From a virus (lineage: Duplodnaviria > Caudoviricetes), in IMG/VR virus record IMGVR_UViG_3300012940_000033, positions 1 to 51,348 of that record: 51,348 bases of DNA, one strand, 5' to 3'. Within the stretch, counting starts at the first letter, position 1; every line of letters begins with the position of its first letter. Under the pieces are notes generated by a model. It worked only from the letters and a program-made list of their open reading frames with translations, was not told the DNA's origin and ran no database searches. The position numbers and the translations under genes were made by a program. This document shows positions 33,430-42,902 of this stretch, piece after piece.

Positions 33430-36409
33430 ATCCAGTGCCAAGATGGAAGTGGCCGAATATCGGCTTTCCATTCATATGGGCGTGTGCGTCAGAGCCGACA
33501 AAATCACTGCCCTCTACATCGACGAGAAGAAATTTTGGGAAGGCGAAGTCACCGCCAACACGACCCTGGACATTCACAACCCTGAGCTGTTCGGCGGCAT
33601 CAAAGGCGAAGGCGGCGTGTCGGGCCAGTGCCATGTGCTCATGGGTGGCGACAGTCAGGTTCTGAGCGACTTCCTGGCCGCAAAGCTGACCGGCGAGCCT
33701 GGTGTGCCCGGCTTCCGCGGTCTCGTGTCGCTTTTCTTCACTGGCTTTCCTGGCGACCGCCCGGGCTTTTACTGGTCAGCGAACCAGCCTTACATCAAGC
33801 CGGTATGGGTGACAGTCCATAACGTCCCGGGTGGCCTTAATAGCGGTATCGCACAGTTTCCCGACGGCACAGTCAATTTCGCCCACATCATCTACGAGCT
33901 TATGACCATCCCCGAACTCGGGATGGGTGCGCCGCCGGAGTCCTTCGACCTTGCCTCTTGGAATGCGGCCGCGCAGACCTTGTGGGATGAGGGGATGGGC
34001 GGGGCGTTCGCATGGGTCAACCAGTCGAGCGTCGAGCAGATCGTCAAGGAAATGCAGGACCACATCAACGGATGGGTGTTTCAGCATCCGCGCACGGGCA
34101 AGTGGACGATCAAGCTCGTGCGTGACGACTACGACGTGAACGACTTGCCGGTCATCACACCGAACGACGCCATTTTCTCGAACTTCCAGCGCAAGGGCCT
34201 CGGCGAAACGGTCAACGAGATCGTCGCTACCTGGACCAACCCTGAAAACGAGCAGGAAGAAACGGTCACCGTCCACGACCTCGGGAATATCGCAGCGCAG
34301 GGCGGCATCGTCTCGGATAGCCGCAACTATTACGCCATCCGGAACGCCTCACTGGCGGCCAGGTTGGCACTGCGTGACATCCGCGTTGCGGCCGCGCCGC
34401 TTGCCGCTTGTGACGTGATCTTGAACCGCAAATACTGGGATCTCGTTCCAGGGGACGTAGTGAAGGTCACCTGGCCGGACTACGGCCTCAACGAGCTGGT
34501 CATGCGAGTCGGCAAGGTCGATTACGGCGCACCTGGTAGTCAGGCGATCAAGGTGAACCTGGTCGAGGACGTATTCGCTGTCCCGGTCGGATCTTATGTC
34601 ACGCCGCCCGCGACGAGCTGGGTGGACCCGTCCAAGCCGCCCGCGCCTATTCCGTCAAGCATGCAGCTCGTTGTTACGCTGCCCACCTACTTCCTCGCGA
34701 ACCTCACGGATGCCGAGAACATCGAGGACCCCGAAGTGCGAGCGGGCACGCTTGTGTCGCAAACGGGCGGCGACACCTTCGAATACAAGCTGCTCTCTTA
34801 CCTGACCAACTCAGGCGGCACGCCGGAGTGGACCCACCTTTACCAGAAGGCCACGCTCGGATACGGCGTCCTGCCGGCGGCGCTGGCTCGCGAAGCGAGT
34901 TCGACGATTGGCAATCTCGCCCCGCTTTACGGATCGACCTTCCCGAAGGTCGGCGCATTCATCTGGATCGGTGCGCCGGAGAACTTCTCGGAAGCAAACG
35001 ATGACGCCGCGTTTAATCGCGCTGAGCTGTGCCTGATCACTGGGTCCGGCATCGGCGGTTGGACAGTTCGACGCGGCGTGCTGGACACGCAGCCGCTCGC
35101 CTGGGACGCCGGCACGCCATTCTGGATCATCGACCCGGCCGTCTCGTTCGACGACATCGCGACAATCCGCGCCGCCGGCGAACTTGCCCGGTACAAAGCG
35201 CTGCCGATCACTTCGCAAGGATCCCTGGACGAATCCCTGGCCGTCGAATTCAACCGCACGCTATCTCGTCGCCCGCACATGCCGATGCGGCCGGCCGATG
35301 TCCGCATTAACAATGTGCCGTGGGGTCCGACAACGCAAATTCCGATGGGGGGCGACGCTGTTTTCACCTGGTCAAATCGCAACCGGCTAACCGAAGTGAC
35401 GCAGATACTCGACTGGACTGCTGCGTCGATTTCTCCCGAAGACGACCAAGAGACGGTAATAGAGCTGTTCGATGGGACGCCCAAGGCCGATAACTCTTAC
35501 GGACTTCGCAAGGTCACAACAGGAACCTCGCAGACCGTTACCTACGCAGAGCTGATTTCCGTATCTGAGCTGGGGCATATCGGATGGTCGATGTACACGC
35601 AGCGCGACGGTCTCACTTCATTTTCGCGTGTTGGCGGTATCTTCGAAGTCGAGCCGCCGCCAACTCCGATACAAGTGGCGCAGCTCTCGCCGCTGGTGAT
35701 GTTCAAGACCCTCAGCTCGCCAATCGACGTGGCGCAACTGTCCGCGCTTACCGTTATGAACCCCGGTGCGCCAGATATCCAGGTGGCGCAATTGTCCGCG
35801 CTTGCGATGTACTCTGAAGTCGCGGGCGAATACCAGCCGGCGACATTCCAGCTTTTTGGAAGCACAGCGTATGCTGAATTGAGCGAAGACGACAGGCGCG
35901 TAGACTTTACGCGGCATTCGACCGTCACGGGTTGGCGCAAAGCAGTATTGCCCGTTACGATCAGTTCTGGCGCGACAGGAACATATTGGGCTGAGCTGGA
36001 AGTGATCGCCTGCAACGCCGGGTCTCGATATATAGCTGTGTCATTGAAAAGCACAGCGTATGGAACGAAGGACGTGATGGACGGTTCGTCGCCAGTCGGG
36101 GCGCAAACCTATTCGTATTTCGCGTCAGGCGAAGCAAGTAACCCGCCGAACTACGTCACATTCGGAGATTCCTATTCCCCTGGTGACCGCATTGGCGTTC
36201 TTCTCAACAGGACCACTGGCGAAATCTCGTTCTATAAGAACGGCGTCTTGCAAGGGACGCACCCCGCTACAGTCAGTGGCCAGTCGCTATACCTGGCAGT
36301 GTTCGCATATTCGGCAGGAACCGACCCGAGCTATGAAGAAGTCGCCGTCCGCATCCCTGAGTACACTTTGAACAAACCTTCCGGCGCTGCCGCCTGGCCG
36401 GCGTCCTGA
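33413..36409 (+). CDS. Central tail hub/tip protein with C-terminal SPRY-like domain
   Basis: PGFRGL, IKLVRDDY, ETVNEI and LVPGDV hub motifs; C-terminal YWAELEV...GDRIGVLLN...EISFYKNG. Confidence 0.8.
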   Translation: MAMGGKSSAKMEVAEYRLSIHMGVCVRADKITALYIDEKKFWEGEVTANTTLDIHNPELFGGIKGEGGVSGQCHVLMGGDSQVLSDFLAAKLTGEPGVPGFRGLVSLFFTGFPGDRPGFYWSANQPYIKPVWVTVHNVPGGLNSGIAQFPDGTVNFAHIIYELMTIPELGMGAPPESFDLASWNAAAQTLWDEGMGGAFAWVNQSSVEQIVKEMQDHINGWVFQHPRTGKWTIKLVRDDYDVNDLPVITPNDAIFSNFQRKGLGETVNEIVATWTNPENEQEETVTVHDLGNIAAQGGIVSDSRNYYAIRNASLAARLALRDIRVAAAPLAACDVILNRKYWDLVPGDVVKVTWPDYGLNELVMRVGKVDYGAPGSQAIKVNLVEDVFAVPVGSYVTPPATSWVDPSKPPAPIPSSMQLVVTLPTYFLANLTDAENIEDPEVRAGTLVSQTGGDTFEYKLLSYLTNSGGTPEWTHLYQKATLGYGVLPAALAREASSTIGNLAPLYGSTFPKVGAFIWIGAPENFSEANDDAAFNRAELCLITGSGIGGWTVRRGVLDTQPLAWDAGTPFWIIDPAVSFDDIATIRAAGELARYKALPITSQGSLDESLAVEFNRTLSRRPHMPMRPADVRINNVPWGPTTQIPMGGDAVFTWSNRNRLTEVTQILDWTAASISPEDDQETVIELFDGTPKADNSYGLRKVTTGTSQTVTYAELISVSELGHIGWSMYTQRDGLTSFSRVGGIFEVEPPPTPIQVAQLSPLVMFKTLSSPIDVAQLSALTVMNPGAPDIQVAQLSALAMYSEVAGEYQPATFQLFGSTAYAELSEDDRRVDFTRHSTVTGWRKAVLPVTISSGATGTYWAELEVIACNAGSRYIAVSLKSTAYGTKDVMDGSSPVGAQTYSYFASGEASNPPNYVTFGDSYSPGDRIGVLLNRTTGEISFYKNGVLQGTHPATVSGQSLYLAVFAYSAGTDPSYEEVAVRIPEYTLNKPSGAAAWPAS

Positions 36410-36434
36410 CAACTGCACAAGCACGAGGTTAACT

Positions 36435-37499
36435 ATGGCGCTCCTATTTGTAGACCCTTTTGACGCTCACGCAAACCAGGATTCGATTACCCCTACTCAG
36501 TTTAAAACGATGTGCCCGAACAGTACGCTCACGTCGAACGCCTTCTTTACATCGGATATGACTGAGCTTGTGAACGGACCGGACGGAGCTACCTCACGAG
36601 CACTAGCCGTGACGTATTCAAGCGGGTATTGGGCGAATGTAGCCATCGACCTAGGCAAGACGGTAACGACGAAACTTGTCGTCGGGTTGTTGCTCGGCGC
36701 CCGGGTGAGCGGAACGTGGGGATTTTTACGAGTAGGTTCCGGCGCCCTGAACACAAGTTCCACGAGTGCCGATGACATCCTTTATTTCGATGCTACCAAT
36801 GGGCGGCTGTACATCAACGGCACGTATTCGGCGAATGGAATTGTCAGTCTGAGCGGGTACTACTACATCACTGTCGAATACAACTTTTCCTCCGGCACAG
36901 TCGATGTGTATCTTGACGGCGGCACCACTCCGATAATCAGCGCGACCACTTCGCTGACAAGCGCCGACCGCTTCAACTTAGGAGTAACCACTGCGCCCTC
37001 GTCATCTAGCTTTCAAAACATATTTGACGACATCTACGCCCTGGACGATAGCGGGACGGAAAACACATCCCGTCTCGGCGTTATTAAGGTCCGCCGCGCC
37101 CCGCTCGTGGCTGAAGTTGAAACCAACTTCACGCCCATGGGTGGAGCTACGACCAACATTTCCGCAGTGAACAAGACGAATCGTTCGACTACCACTTACA
37201 ACCAGTCGCCCGATACCAACGACCTGCCTGACACGTTCACGATAGATACGTCCGCTGTTCCGAGCGGGGCCACGGTCCACGCGGTGGCGATGTACGCATT
37301 TCACCGCAAGGTCAACGCGAACCCTCGGACGCTGGCCCTTATTGCGCGGGATGACACCGACGAGTTCGAGCAGGAAGTGACTCAGCGTACAGGCGATTTC
37401 GGAGCCGATATGGTGATTATGGAAACGATGCCGGACGGCTCCCCGCTGACCCCGGCCGCCATAGCGGACCTGGAAGTTGGATACGAGGCAAAAGCCTAA
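36435..37499 (+). CDS. Putative tail fibre/receptor-binding protein (ConA/LamG-like beta sandwich)
   Basis: Ser/Thr-rich; YYITVEY...VDVYLDG and FDDIYALD; GAGG RBS; codons visibly more AT-rich than neighbours. Confidence 0.6.
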   Translation: MALLFVDPFDAHANQDSITPTQFKTMCPNSTLTSNAFFTSDMTELVNGPDGATSRALAVTYSSGYWANVAIDLGKTVTTKLVVGLLLGARVSGTWGFLRVGSGALNTSSTSADDILYFDATNGRLYINGTYSANGIVSLSGYYYITVEYNFSSGTVDVYLDGGTTPIISATTSLTSADRFNLGVTTAPSSSSFQNIFDDIYALDDSGTENTSRLGVIKVRRAPLVAEVETNFTPMGGATTNISAVNKTNRSTTTYNQSPDTNDLPDTFTIDTSAVPSGATVHAVAMYAFHRKVNANPRTLALIARDDTDEFEQEVTQRTGDFGADMVIMETMPDGSPLTPAAIADLEVGYEAKA

Positions 37500-37627
37500 T
37501 TGCGAAGGCCGAAAATATGTGATCGTCGCTGATAACGCAGTACAATTGGCTCCCGGAAGCCGTGTTGTCAGCGACAACATTTTGGTGTTAATTCACCTGT
37601 ACGCTAGCCGGAGATTTAGCAGTGAGC

Positions 37628-37963
37628 ATGTCGGAAACCCCACGAGTTCGACGATGGACTTTTGACAGAACCCTCAACATTCCGACACTTATCGGCATGC
37701 TTGTGGCAGTTGGAAGTGTATTCAACTTCATCGTTTCGCAGAATGAGCGCATACAGTCCATCGAAGTAATCGCGAAAGGCGCGGCTGAAGATGTAAAGCG
37801 GTTGGAGCGTATTCAGGACGCTCAGGCGCGAAACCAAGCCGAGCAGATTCAAGCCTTTCGCACCGAAATCAAGGGGGAATTGCGAGACATGAGCCAAAAG
37901 CTCGACATGCTCTTGTTCAACCGCGCAGGAATCAACAATGACCTCAAAGGGTGGACGAAATGA
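37628..37963 (+). CDS. Putative holin-like single-TM protein
   Basis: One hydrophobic segment (IPTLIGMLVAVGSVFNFIV) followed by a coiled-coil-like region; ATGA-coupled to the endolysin. Confidence 0.5.
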   Translation: MSETPRVRRWTFDRTLNIPTLIGMLVAVGSVFNFIVSQNERIQSIEVIAKGAAEDVKRLERIQDAQARNQAEQIQAFRTEIKGELRDMSQKLDMLLFNRAGINNDLKGWTK

Positions 37964-38649
37964 GCCAGCCACGCGGAATTCGAAACAATAACCCCGGGAA
38001 CCTGGAATGGGGCGAGCCCTGGCAGGGTCTCGATCCGAACGGCCGCAGTAAAGACTCGCGGTTTTGCGTGTTCAAGACGGCCGCTTGGGGCATCCGCGCC
38101 ATGTGCCGCACGCTGATCACGTACTACGACAAGTATGGCATCGACACGGTGCGCGGCGCGATCACACGCTGGGCGCCGCCGACCGAAAACAGCACCGCGG
38201 ACTACATCAACATCGTCAGCGCGGCGATGGGCGTATCTCCGAGCGCGAGGTTGAACTTCCATGACTACGACGTTCTGCGCCCCATGATCGAAGCGATCAT
38301 CCGGCACGAGAACGGCCCCGGCCCGCTCAAGACGCCGAACACCTGGTACAACTCCACGACGATTGACGAGGGCATGCGCCTGGCCGGCGTAGTTAAGCCC
38401 GTGAAGTCCACGTTGATGACTGCCGACGGAGCCGCTGCGGGAGCCGCCGCTGCCGCCGGCGGGGCCGCTGCGGTCATCGAGATTGTCCAGCAGATCACTC
38501 CGGCCATCCAGCAAGCCCAGGCGGTTTCGACGGCAACTACGGGCCTGCCGAGCTGGCTGCGTGTGGCGTTGATTGTCCTTACCGTCGCATCGGCCGGCGC
38601 GGCGGCATATGCGCTATGGCGCAAGCGGCGGACGCTAAAGGCGGTGTAA
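37960..38649 (+). CDS. Endolysin (RGIRNNNPGN family) with C-terminal hydrophobic segments
   Basis: RGIRNNNPGNL, RWAPPTEN and IIRHENG; C-terminal WLRVALIVLTVASAGAAAYALW-RKRR. Confidence 0.8.
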   Translation: MSQPRGIRNNNPGNLEWGEPWQGLDPNGRSKDSRFCVFKTAAWGIRAMCRTLITYYDKYGIDTVRGAITRWAPPTENSTADYINIVSAAMGVSPSARLNFHDYDVLRPMIEAIIRHENGPGPLKTPNTWYNSTTIDEGMRLAGVVKPVKSTLMTADGAAAGAAAAAGGAAAVIEIVQQITPAIQQAQAVSTATTGLPSWLRVALIVLTVASAGAAAYALWRKRRTLKAV

Positions 38650-38651
38650 CC

Positions 38652-38936
38652 ATGATCGGCGACTTTCTGAGTGGTCTGGTGGCCCGGCTGCAAGGCTGGG
38701 CCGTTACTATATTGGCCGTTCTGGCTGCGATCGGCACGGCCTTCGTGGTCGGCCGCAGCAAGGGCAAGCAGACCGCCCATCAAGCCGCTGAGGCCGAGAA
38801 GGCGAAATCAGATGCGGCAGCGCTGAACGAAGCGCTCAATGCCGCAAAGGAGCGCAACGATGCTGACATTGAAACCTCTCGCCTGCCTGCTGGCGGCGCT
38901 ACTGACCGGCTGCGCAACGACTGGTCCCGCGACTAA
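38652..38936 (+). CDS. i-spanin (Rz-like)
   Basis: N-terminal TM, helical periplasmic part, ends LRNDWSRD. Confidence 0.75.
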   Translation: MIGDFLSGLVARLQGWAVTILAVLAAIGTAFVVGRSKGKQTAHQAAEAEKAKSDAAALNEALNAAKERNDADIETSRLPAGGATDRLRNDWSRD

Positions 38937-39096
38937 GATCATCGATACCGGCTGCACCTGGACGCGGCCGATCTACGTCAGCAAGTCCGACATCCTTTCG
39001 GACGGCACTGCGCGGCAAATCCTTTCTCACAATGAAACCGGCGCCTCTCGCTGCGGATGGGAGCGTGCAACGCCCGCAAAGCTGGCGAGGCGGTAA
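38860..39096 (+). CDS. o-spanin (Rz1-like lipoprotein)
   Basis: AAGGAG RBS; signal peptide with lipobox LLTG-C; overlaps the i-spanin 3' end in another frame. Confidence 0.8.
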   Translation: MLTLKPLACLLAALLTGCATTGPATKIIDTGCTWTRPIYVSKSDILSDGTARQILSHNETGASRCGWERATPAKLARR

Positions 39097-39123
39097 AATT
39101 TCCCCGTTCGTCAAGGAAATCCC

Positions 39124-39978
39124 ATGAGCTACCCCATCCCCGTCATTCTCGTAGATTCCAGCGGCCTGCCGTACATTCCTGGCGGCAGCAGCACCGACTA
39201 CGAAATCCGCACCATCGAATACAAGGCGATAGCAGATGGCGATGACTACAGCCTGAACGACCGCATCGTGCGGTCGGACATCTACAACGTCACCGCCGAC
39301 CCGGCCGTGCTCGTCGCAACGATCTGGTTCAATGCCTCGACAGGCGCCAATATCGCTGCGCCCAACAGCGCCGACCTGGATTATCTCGGCACAGTGGCCG
39401 GAGCGCTCGAAGCAACGCAGCTCATGGTCAAAGAGGCCGTAGAAAGCGCAGTCGCTGGCATTGGATCGCCGTCAGATACGGCCGCACCCGGCAACTCAGT
39501 CACGGCCTCGCTGATCGCTTTCATCAAGCGCCTCTGCACGCTGACCTCGACGACAAACACCGCCCTTGGTGTTCTGGCTGACGCAGCGGCAGGAAGCGAC
39601 GCCGGCTCATACAGCATCATCGCCTTCATCAAGCGCGGGATGCAGAACTGGACGACGCTGCTTGGTCGCATCCCGGCGCTGGTCGGCGGTCGGGTGCCTA
39701 CGGAAACTCTCGGTAAGCCGACCGTCGCGCGGCAGATCACTACCGGGGCCACCAGCGCGTCCGTTGCGCTGACGGCCGGCGTCACGCGGATCTCTATCCG
39801 GCAGCGCAGCGGCGATGCCCGCTATCGCATCGGCAGCGGCTCGCAAACCGCCACGGCCACCGACCACTTCATCGCCGACGGCGAGCGCTTGGACCTTCAA
39901 GTCGATGCTGGATCGACCATCGCCGCCATCCGTGACGGCTTGCTGGACGGAGTTCTCGAAATCACGGAGCTGGCATGA
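39124..39978 (+). CDS. Putative virion/tail-fibre-associated protein
   Basis: AAGGA RBS; Ala/Thr-rich; internal repeat SLIAFIKR/SIIAFIKR. Confidence 0.55.
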   Translation: MSYPIPVILVDSSGLPYIPGGSSTDYEIRTIEYKAIADGDDYSLNDRIVRSDIYNVTADPAVLVATIWFNASTGANIAAPNSADLDYLGTVAGALEATQLMVKEAVESAVAGIGSPSDTAAPGNSVTASLIAFIKRLCTLTSTTNTALGVLADAAAGSDAGSYSIIAFIKRGMQNWTTLLGRIPALVGGRVPTETLGKPTVARQITTGATSASVALTAGVTRISIRQRSGDARYRIGSGSQTATATDHFIADGERLDLQVDAGSTIAAIRDGLLDGVLEITELA

Positions 39979-42296
39979 GACTGCGTGCTACCCGCCTTGG
40001 CAGAGAAACCTACCCTGCCCATCGCGCCGCCATTGCTGATGTCATTGGGTCCCTGTTCTCGAACGGCGAGCAGGGGGCCGTTGTGTGGCCCGCCGATTTA
40101 ACTGACGAAAAGCTGCGCTGGCGGCGCAATCTGTTCGACTGGTCGGAGTTCCCACACGGACTGTCCGATGCTGCGACGAACGGCGATGTCGAGGCCACAA
40201 CGATGGATGGCTTCGACGGTGCCATCCACATTGGCAGGCACGAAAGCGCGGCATCCTATGTGCGGCAGGCATTGAGCGGAACCGGCGCTGAGGTCGGGAT
40301 GACCGTCCAATTCAGCATGGTTGTTGAAATGGACGACGGAGGGCCGATTTCTCTCTCCGGGGCCAATGCAGACGCTGTGATCTACCTCGCCGGGGCCATT
40401 GTTTCAGGCCAAGTCACCGTTGACGATCTTGGGGGTGGCAGATACCGGCTAAGGGTGGCCCGCACACTGACTACCCTTGCCGGTGCCACAGGAATTCAAA
40501 AGAACAGCACGTCCTCGGATCGTGGATTCAAAGTCACGGCCTTCGAGCTTAACCCTTACCCCGGAACCCCCTACCAGAAGATCGGAAACCCGGACTGGGA
40601 TTTCATCGAGGCGTTCCCTAATCACCTGCTATTCCGCGACGAGTTCGGCGCTCAGCCGGTCATGTCGGTGGAGCAAACCGTTGGCCTGTCGCTGGACCCG
40701 AGCAAGGGGTTGGAGCGCGGCCCGGAACTGATGACGAACGGGGATTTCTCGAACGGTACGGATGGCTGGGTGATCGCACCGAATTACAGCGGCACCTACC
40801 ACATTGCCGTCAACGACGGTGTTCTGGAAATCGAAAACGAGGACTCCCAGATCCGGTATATGTACCCGGTCACCTGCGAGGTAGGCGCGTGGTACGAGGT
40901 CACGCTGGAAGGGCGGAAGAAAACGGCAGGCGCAGGAGCTCCAAGCGCTCTGCCGGCTTTCGGCATCGCAGGCTACCCGACCGGGAACTTCGTCAACAAT
41001 GCCGAGGTGTACCTGGATAACAAGGCGGCGCCTTGCAGCACGATGCTAAAAGGCCGGATGGTTTTCCGGGCCACCGACACGACACATTACGTGACTCTGG
41101 CGAGTCGCAACGTCCCGGCATCGGGCGGCGCGGGGACGGTGTTCGAGTTCGCCAATGTGTCCTGCCGGAAGATCCTCGGGAACCATCTCTATCAGTCTGC
41201 TTCGGGAAGTCGCCCGACCATCAGCGCTCGCGTGAACCTGTTGACGGATACGCGGAAGATGGACGCGGTTAACTTTGCCAACGGCACTCGGTCGCCTGGG
41301 CAACTCGGGCCGACAGGGCTGATGGATGGTGTTCGGTTCACCGGCCCGTCTACCGGGCCTTTGTTTGCCGATTTCACGGCCACTTCTACGGTTGTCACCT
41401 ATTCGGTGGCGATCAAAGCTGGGCCGGGGATGGCCGTCAATGCCACTCTACTGCTCAGAAACGCGACGACGAGCACAAACTTTGCCGCTGCGTCGGTCAA
41501 CCTGAGTACGGGCACTATGAGCGGCACCGGGTGGTCAATGCGCCCCTTGGGTAACGGGTACTACCTCTGCACCTACACCCAGAGCAGCGGCATCTCAGTC
41601 GGGGACTCTATCAGGGTGTACCTCGGGGCGAGCGGGTCAACTACAGAAGCTTTCGACCTCATTGTCGCCCAGCCCCAGGTCACGAACGGCGCCGACATCA
41701 AGCCGTACCAGTGGGTCGATTCGGATACCAGCTACGATCGGGCAGGCTTCCCAACCTACCTCAAGTTTGATGGCGTAGATGACTACCTGGTTACGAGTGA
41801 CATTGACTGCACGGGGTTTAGCGAAGTAGCGGTGATGATTGGGCTGGAGAAGATGAAAAATTCATCCATCGCCATGATCGCCGAGATGAGCGCCAACGCT
41901 AATTCCAACAACGGATCTTTCTATGTGAGTTCCCCCTATTCAGCAGGCAACCCAAACATTGGATTTGCTTTGCGCGGTAACTCGGCCATCGTAATTCGCG
42001 GCACCCCTCTCGCCGCCCCTTCGATGGGGGTCGCATCGGGGTTAGGCGACATTGGGGGCAACCTCAGCAGAATCCGATTGGGCGGCGTCACGAAGGACGA
42101 GGGCACGGCCGCAGTGGGGACGGGAAACCTCGGCAATTACCCGCTTTACATCGGGATGCGCGGAGGCAGCACCCTTCCGTTCAACGGCAACATCTTCGCT
42201 TTCGCCTTTGTCACGAGAATGCCGTCTGACGATGAGCTGGTGGCCGTCGAGCACGCCATCAACGAAGCGATGCGCTACCGCGCCGCGATTCTCTAA
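39975..42296 (+). CDS. Putative tail fibre with carbohydrate-binding-like modules
   Basis: LFSNGEQG, GPELMTNGDFSNGTDGW (CBM-like), YLKFDGVDDYL and a LamG-like C-terminus. Confidence 0.65.
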   Translation: MRLRATRLGRETYPAHRAAIADVIGSLFSNGEQGAVVWPADLTDEKLRWRRNLFDWSEFPHGLSDAATNGDVEATTMDGFDGAIHIGRHESAASYVRQALSGTGAEVGMTVQFSMVVEMDDGGPISLSGANADAVIYLAGAIVSGQVTVDDLGGGRYRLRVARTLTTLAGATGIQKNSTSSDRGFKVTAFELNPYPGTPYQKIGNPDWDFIEAFPNHLLFRDEFGAQPVMSVEQTVGLSLDPSKGLERGPELMTNGDFSNGTDGWVIAPNYSGTYHIAVNDGVLEIENEDSQIRYMYPVTCEVGAWYEVTLEGRKKTAGAGAPSALPAFGIAGYPTGNFVNNAEVYLDNKAAPCSTMLKGRMVFRATDTTHYVTLASRNVPASGGAGTVFEFANVSCRKILGNHLYQSASGSRPTISARVNLLTDTRKMDAVNFANGTRSPGQLGPTGLMDGVRFTGPSTGPLFADFTATSTVVTYSVAIKAGPGMAVNATLLLRNATTSTNFAAASVNLSTGTMSGTGWSMRPLGNGYYLCTYTQSSGISVGDSIRVYLGASGSTTEAFDLIVAQPQVTNGADIKPYQWVDSDTSYDRAGFPTYLKFDGVDDYLVTSDIDCTGFSEVAVMIGLEKMKNSSIAMIAEMSANANSNNGSFYVSSPYSAGNPNIGFALRGNSAIVIRGTPLAAPSMGVASGLGDIGGNLSRIRLGGVTKDEGTAAVGTGNLGNYPLYIGMRGGSTLPFNGNIFAFAFVTRMPSDDELVAVEHAINEAMRYRAAIL

Positions 42297-42308
42297 TCGG
42301 GGGATTCT

Positions 42309-42665
42309 ATGGATGTTTTCCGCACGGCAGTTCTCACGGATGAATATGTAGCCCTTGGGCGTGAAGTCGCCTCGGCGCTTGGTGGCGGGCCGGTGGAAGG
42401 GCAGTTCATCACGAAGCTCTCGCCGACCGGCGCGGAGCCGGCCACCCACTGGATGATGACCGGCTATGCCCCGGAAGAGATGTGGGCAGCATTCGATGAT
42501 GCGACCGGCGCGACCATGTTCGCCGCCTGCCAGGACAATGGCATCTCGGCCACGCTGGCCGACTGCCAGGCGCTCCTGGCCGGGGCCGACATCAGCGACG
42601 AGAACCCGTTTTCGGTCCTCATCCGGCTGGGCCTGAAAATGATCCAGCCGGACGAGGCCAGATAA
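42309..42665 (+). CDS. Hypothetical fibre-associated protein
   Basis: GGGGA RBS; LSPTGAEPATHW motif; last gene before the terminator. Confidence 0.55.
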   Translation: MDVFRTAVLTDEYVALGREVASALGGGPVEGQFITKLSPTGAEPATHWMMTGYAPEEMWAAFDDATGATMFAACQDNGISATLADCQALLAGADISDENPFSVLIRLGLKMIQPDEAR

Positions 42666-42712
42666 ACATGAGTTAGCCCCGTCCGACCCGACTTCCTTGA
42701 GGGGCCGTTCTT

Positions 42713-42738
42713 AGCCAGCCTTCGGGCTGGCTTTTTTT
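42713..42738 (+). terminator. Rho-independent terminator ending the late operon
   Basis: AGCCAGCC-TTCG-GGCTGGCT followed by a T run, at the convergence of the two arms. Confidence 0.9.
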
Positions 42739-42761
42739 GCCTGGCACAAGCTGAGGCAATC

Positions 42762-42902
42762 CTATTTGCGTTGCTCCACCAGTTCTTTCAGCACTTCAGA
42801 AACGGCCCATCGCATCGCCCGGAAACGGCCGTAGTTGAAGATCCGCTGCGCCCCTCGGTAATAGCGCAGCAGCTTATGGGCGATTTCACTGGTGGTAGCC
42901 AT
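42762..42902 (-). CDS. 46-aa basic hypothetical protein (not in the ORF track)
   Basis: MATTSEIAHKLLRYYRGAQRIFNYGRFRAMRWAVSEVLKELVEQRK; TGATG overlap with the ParB-like stop; GAGGGG RBS. Confidence 0.55.
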   Translation of the reverse strand: MATTSEIAHKLLRYYRGAQRIFNYGRFRAMRWAVSEVLKELVEQRK

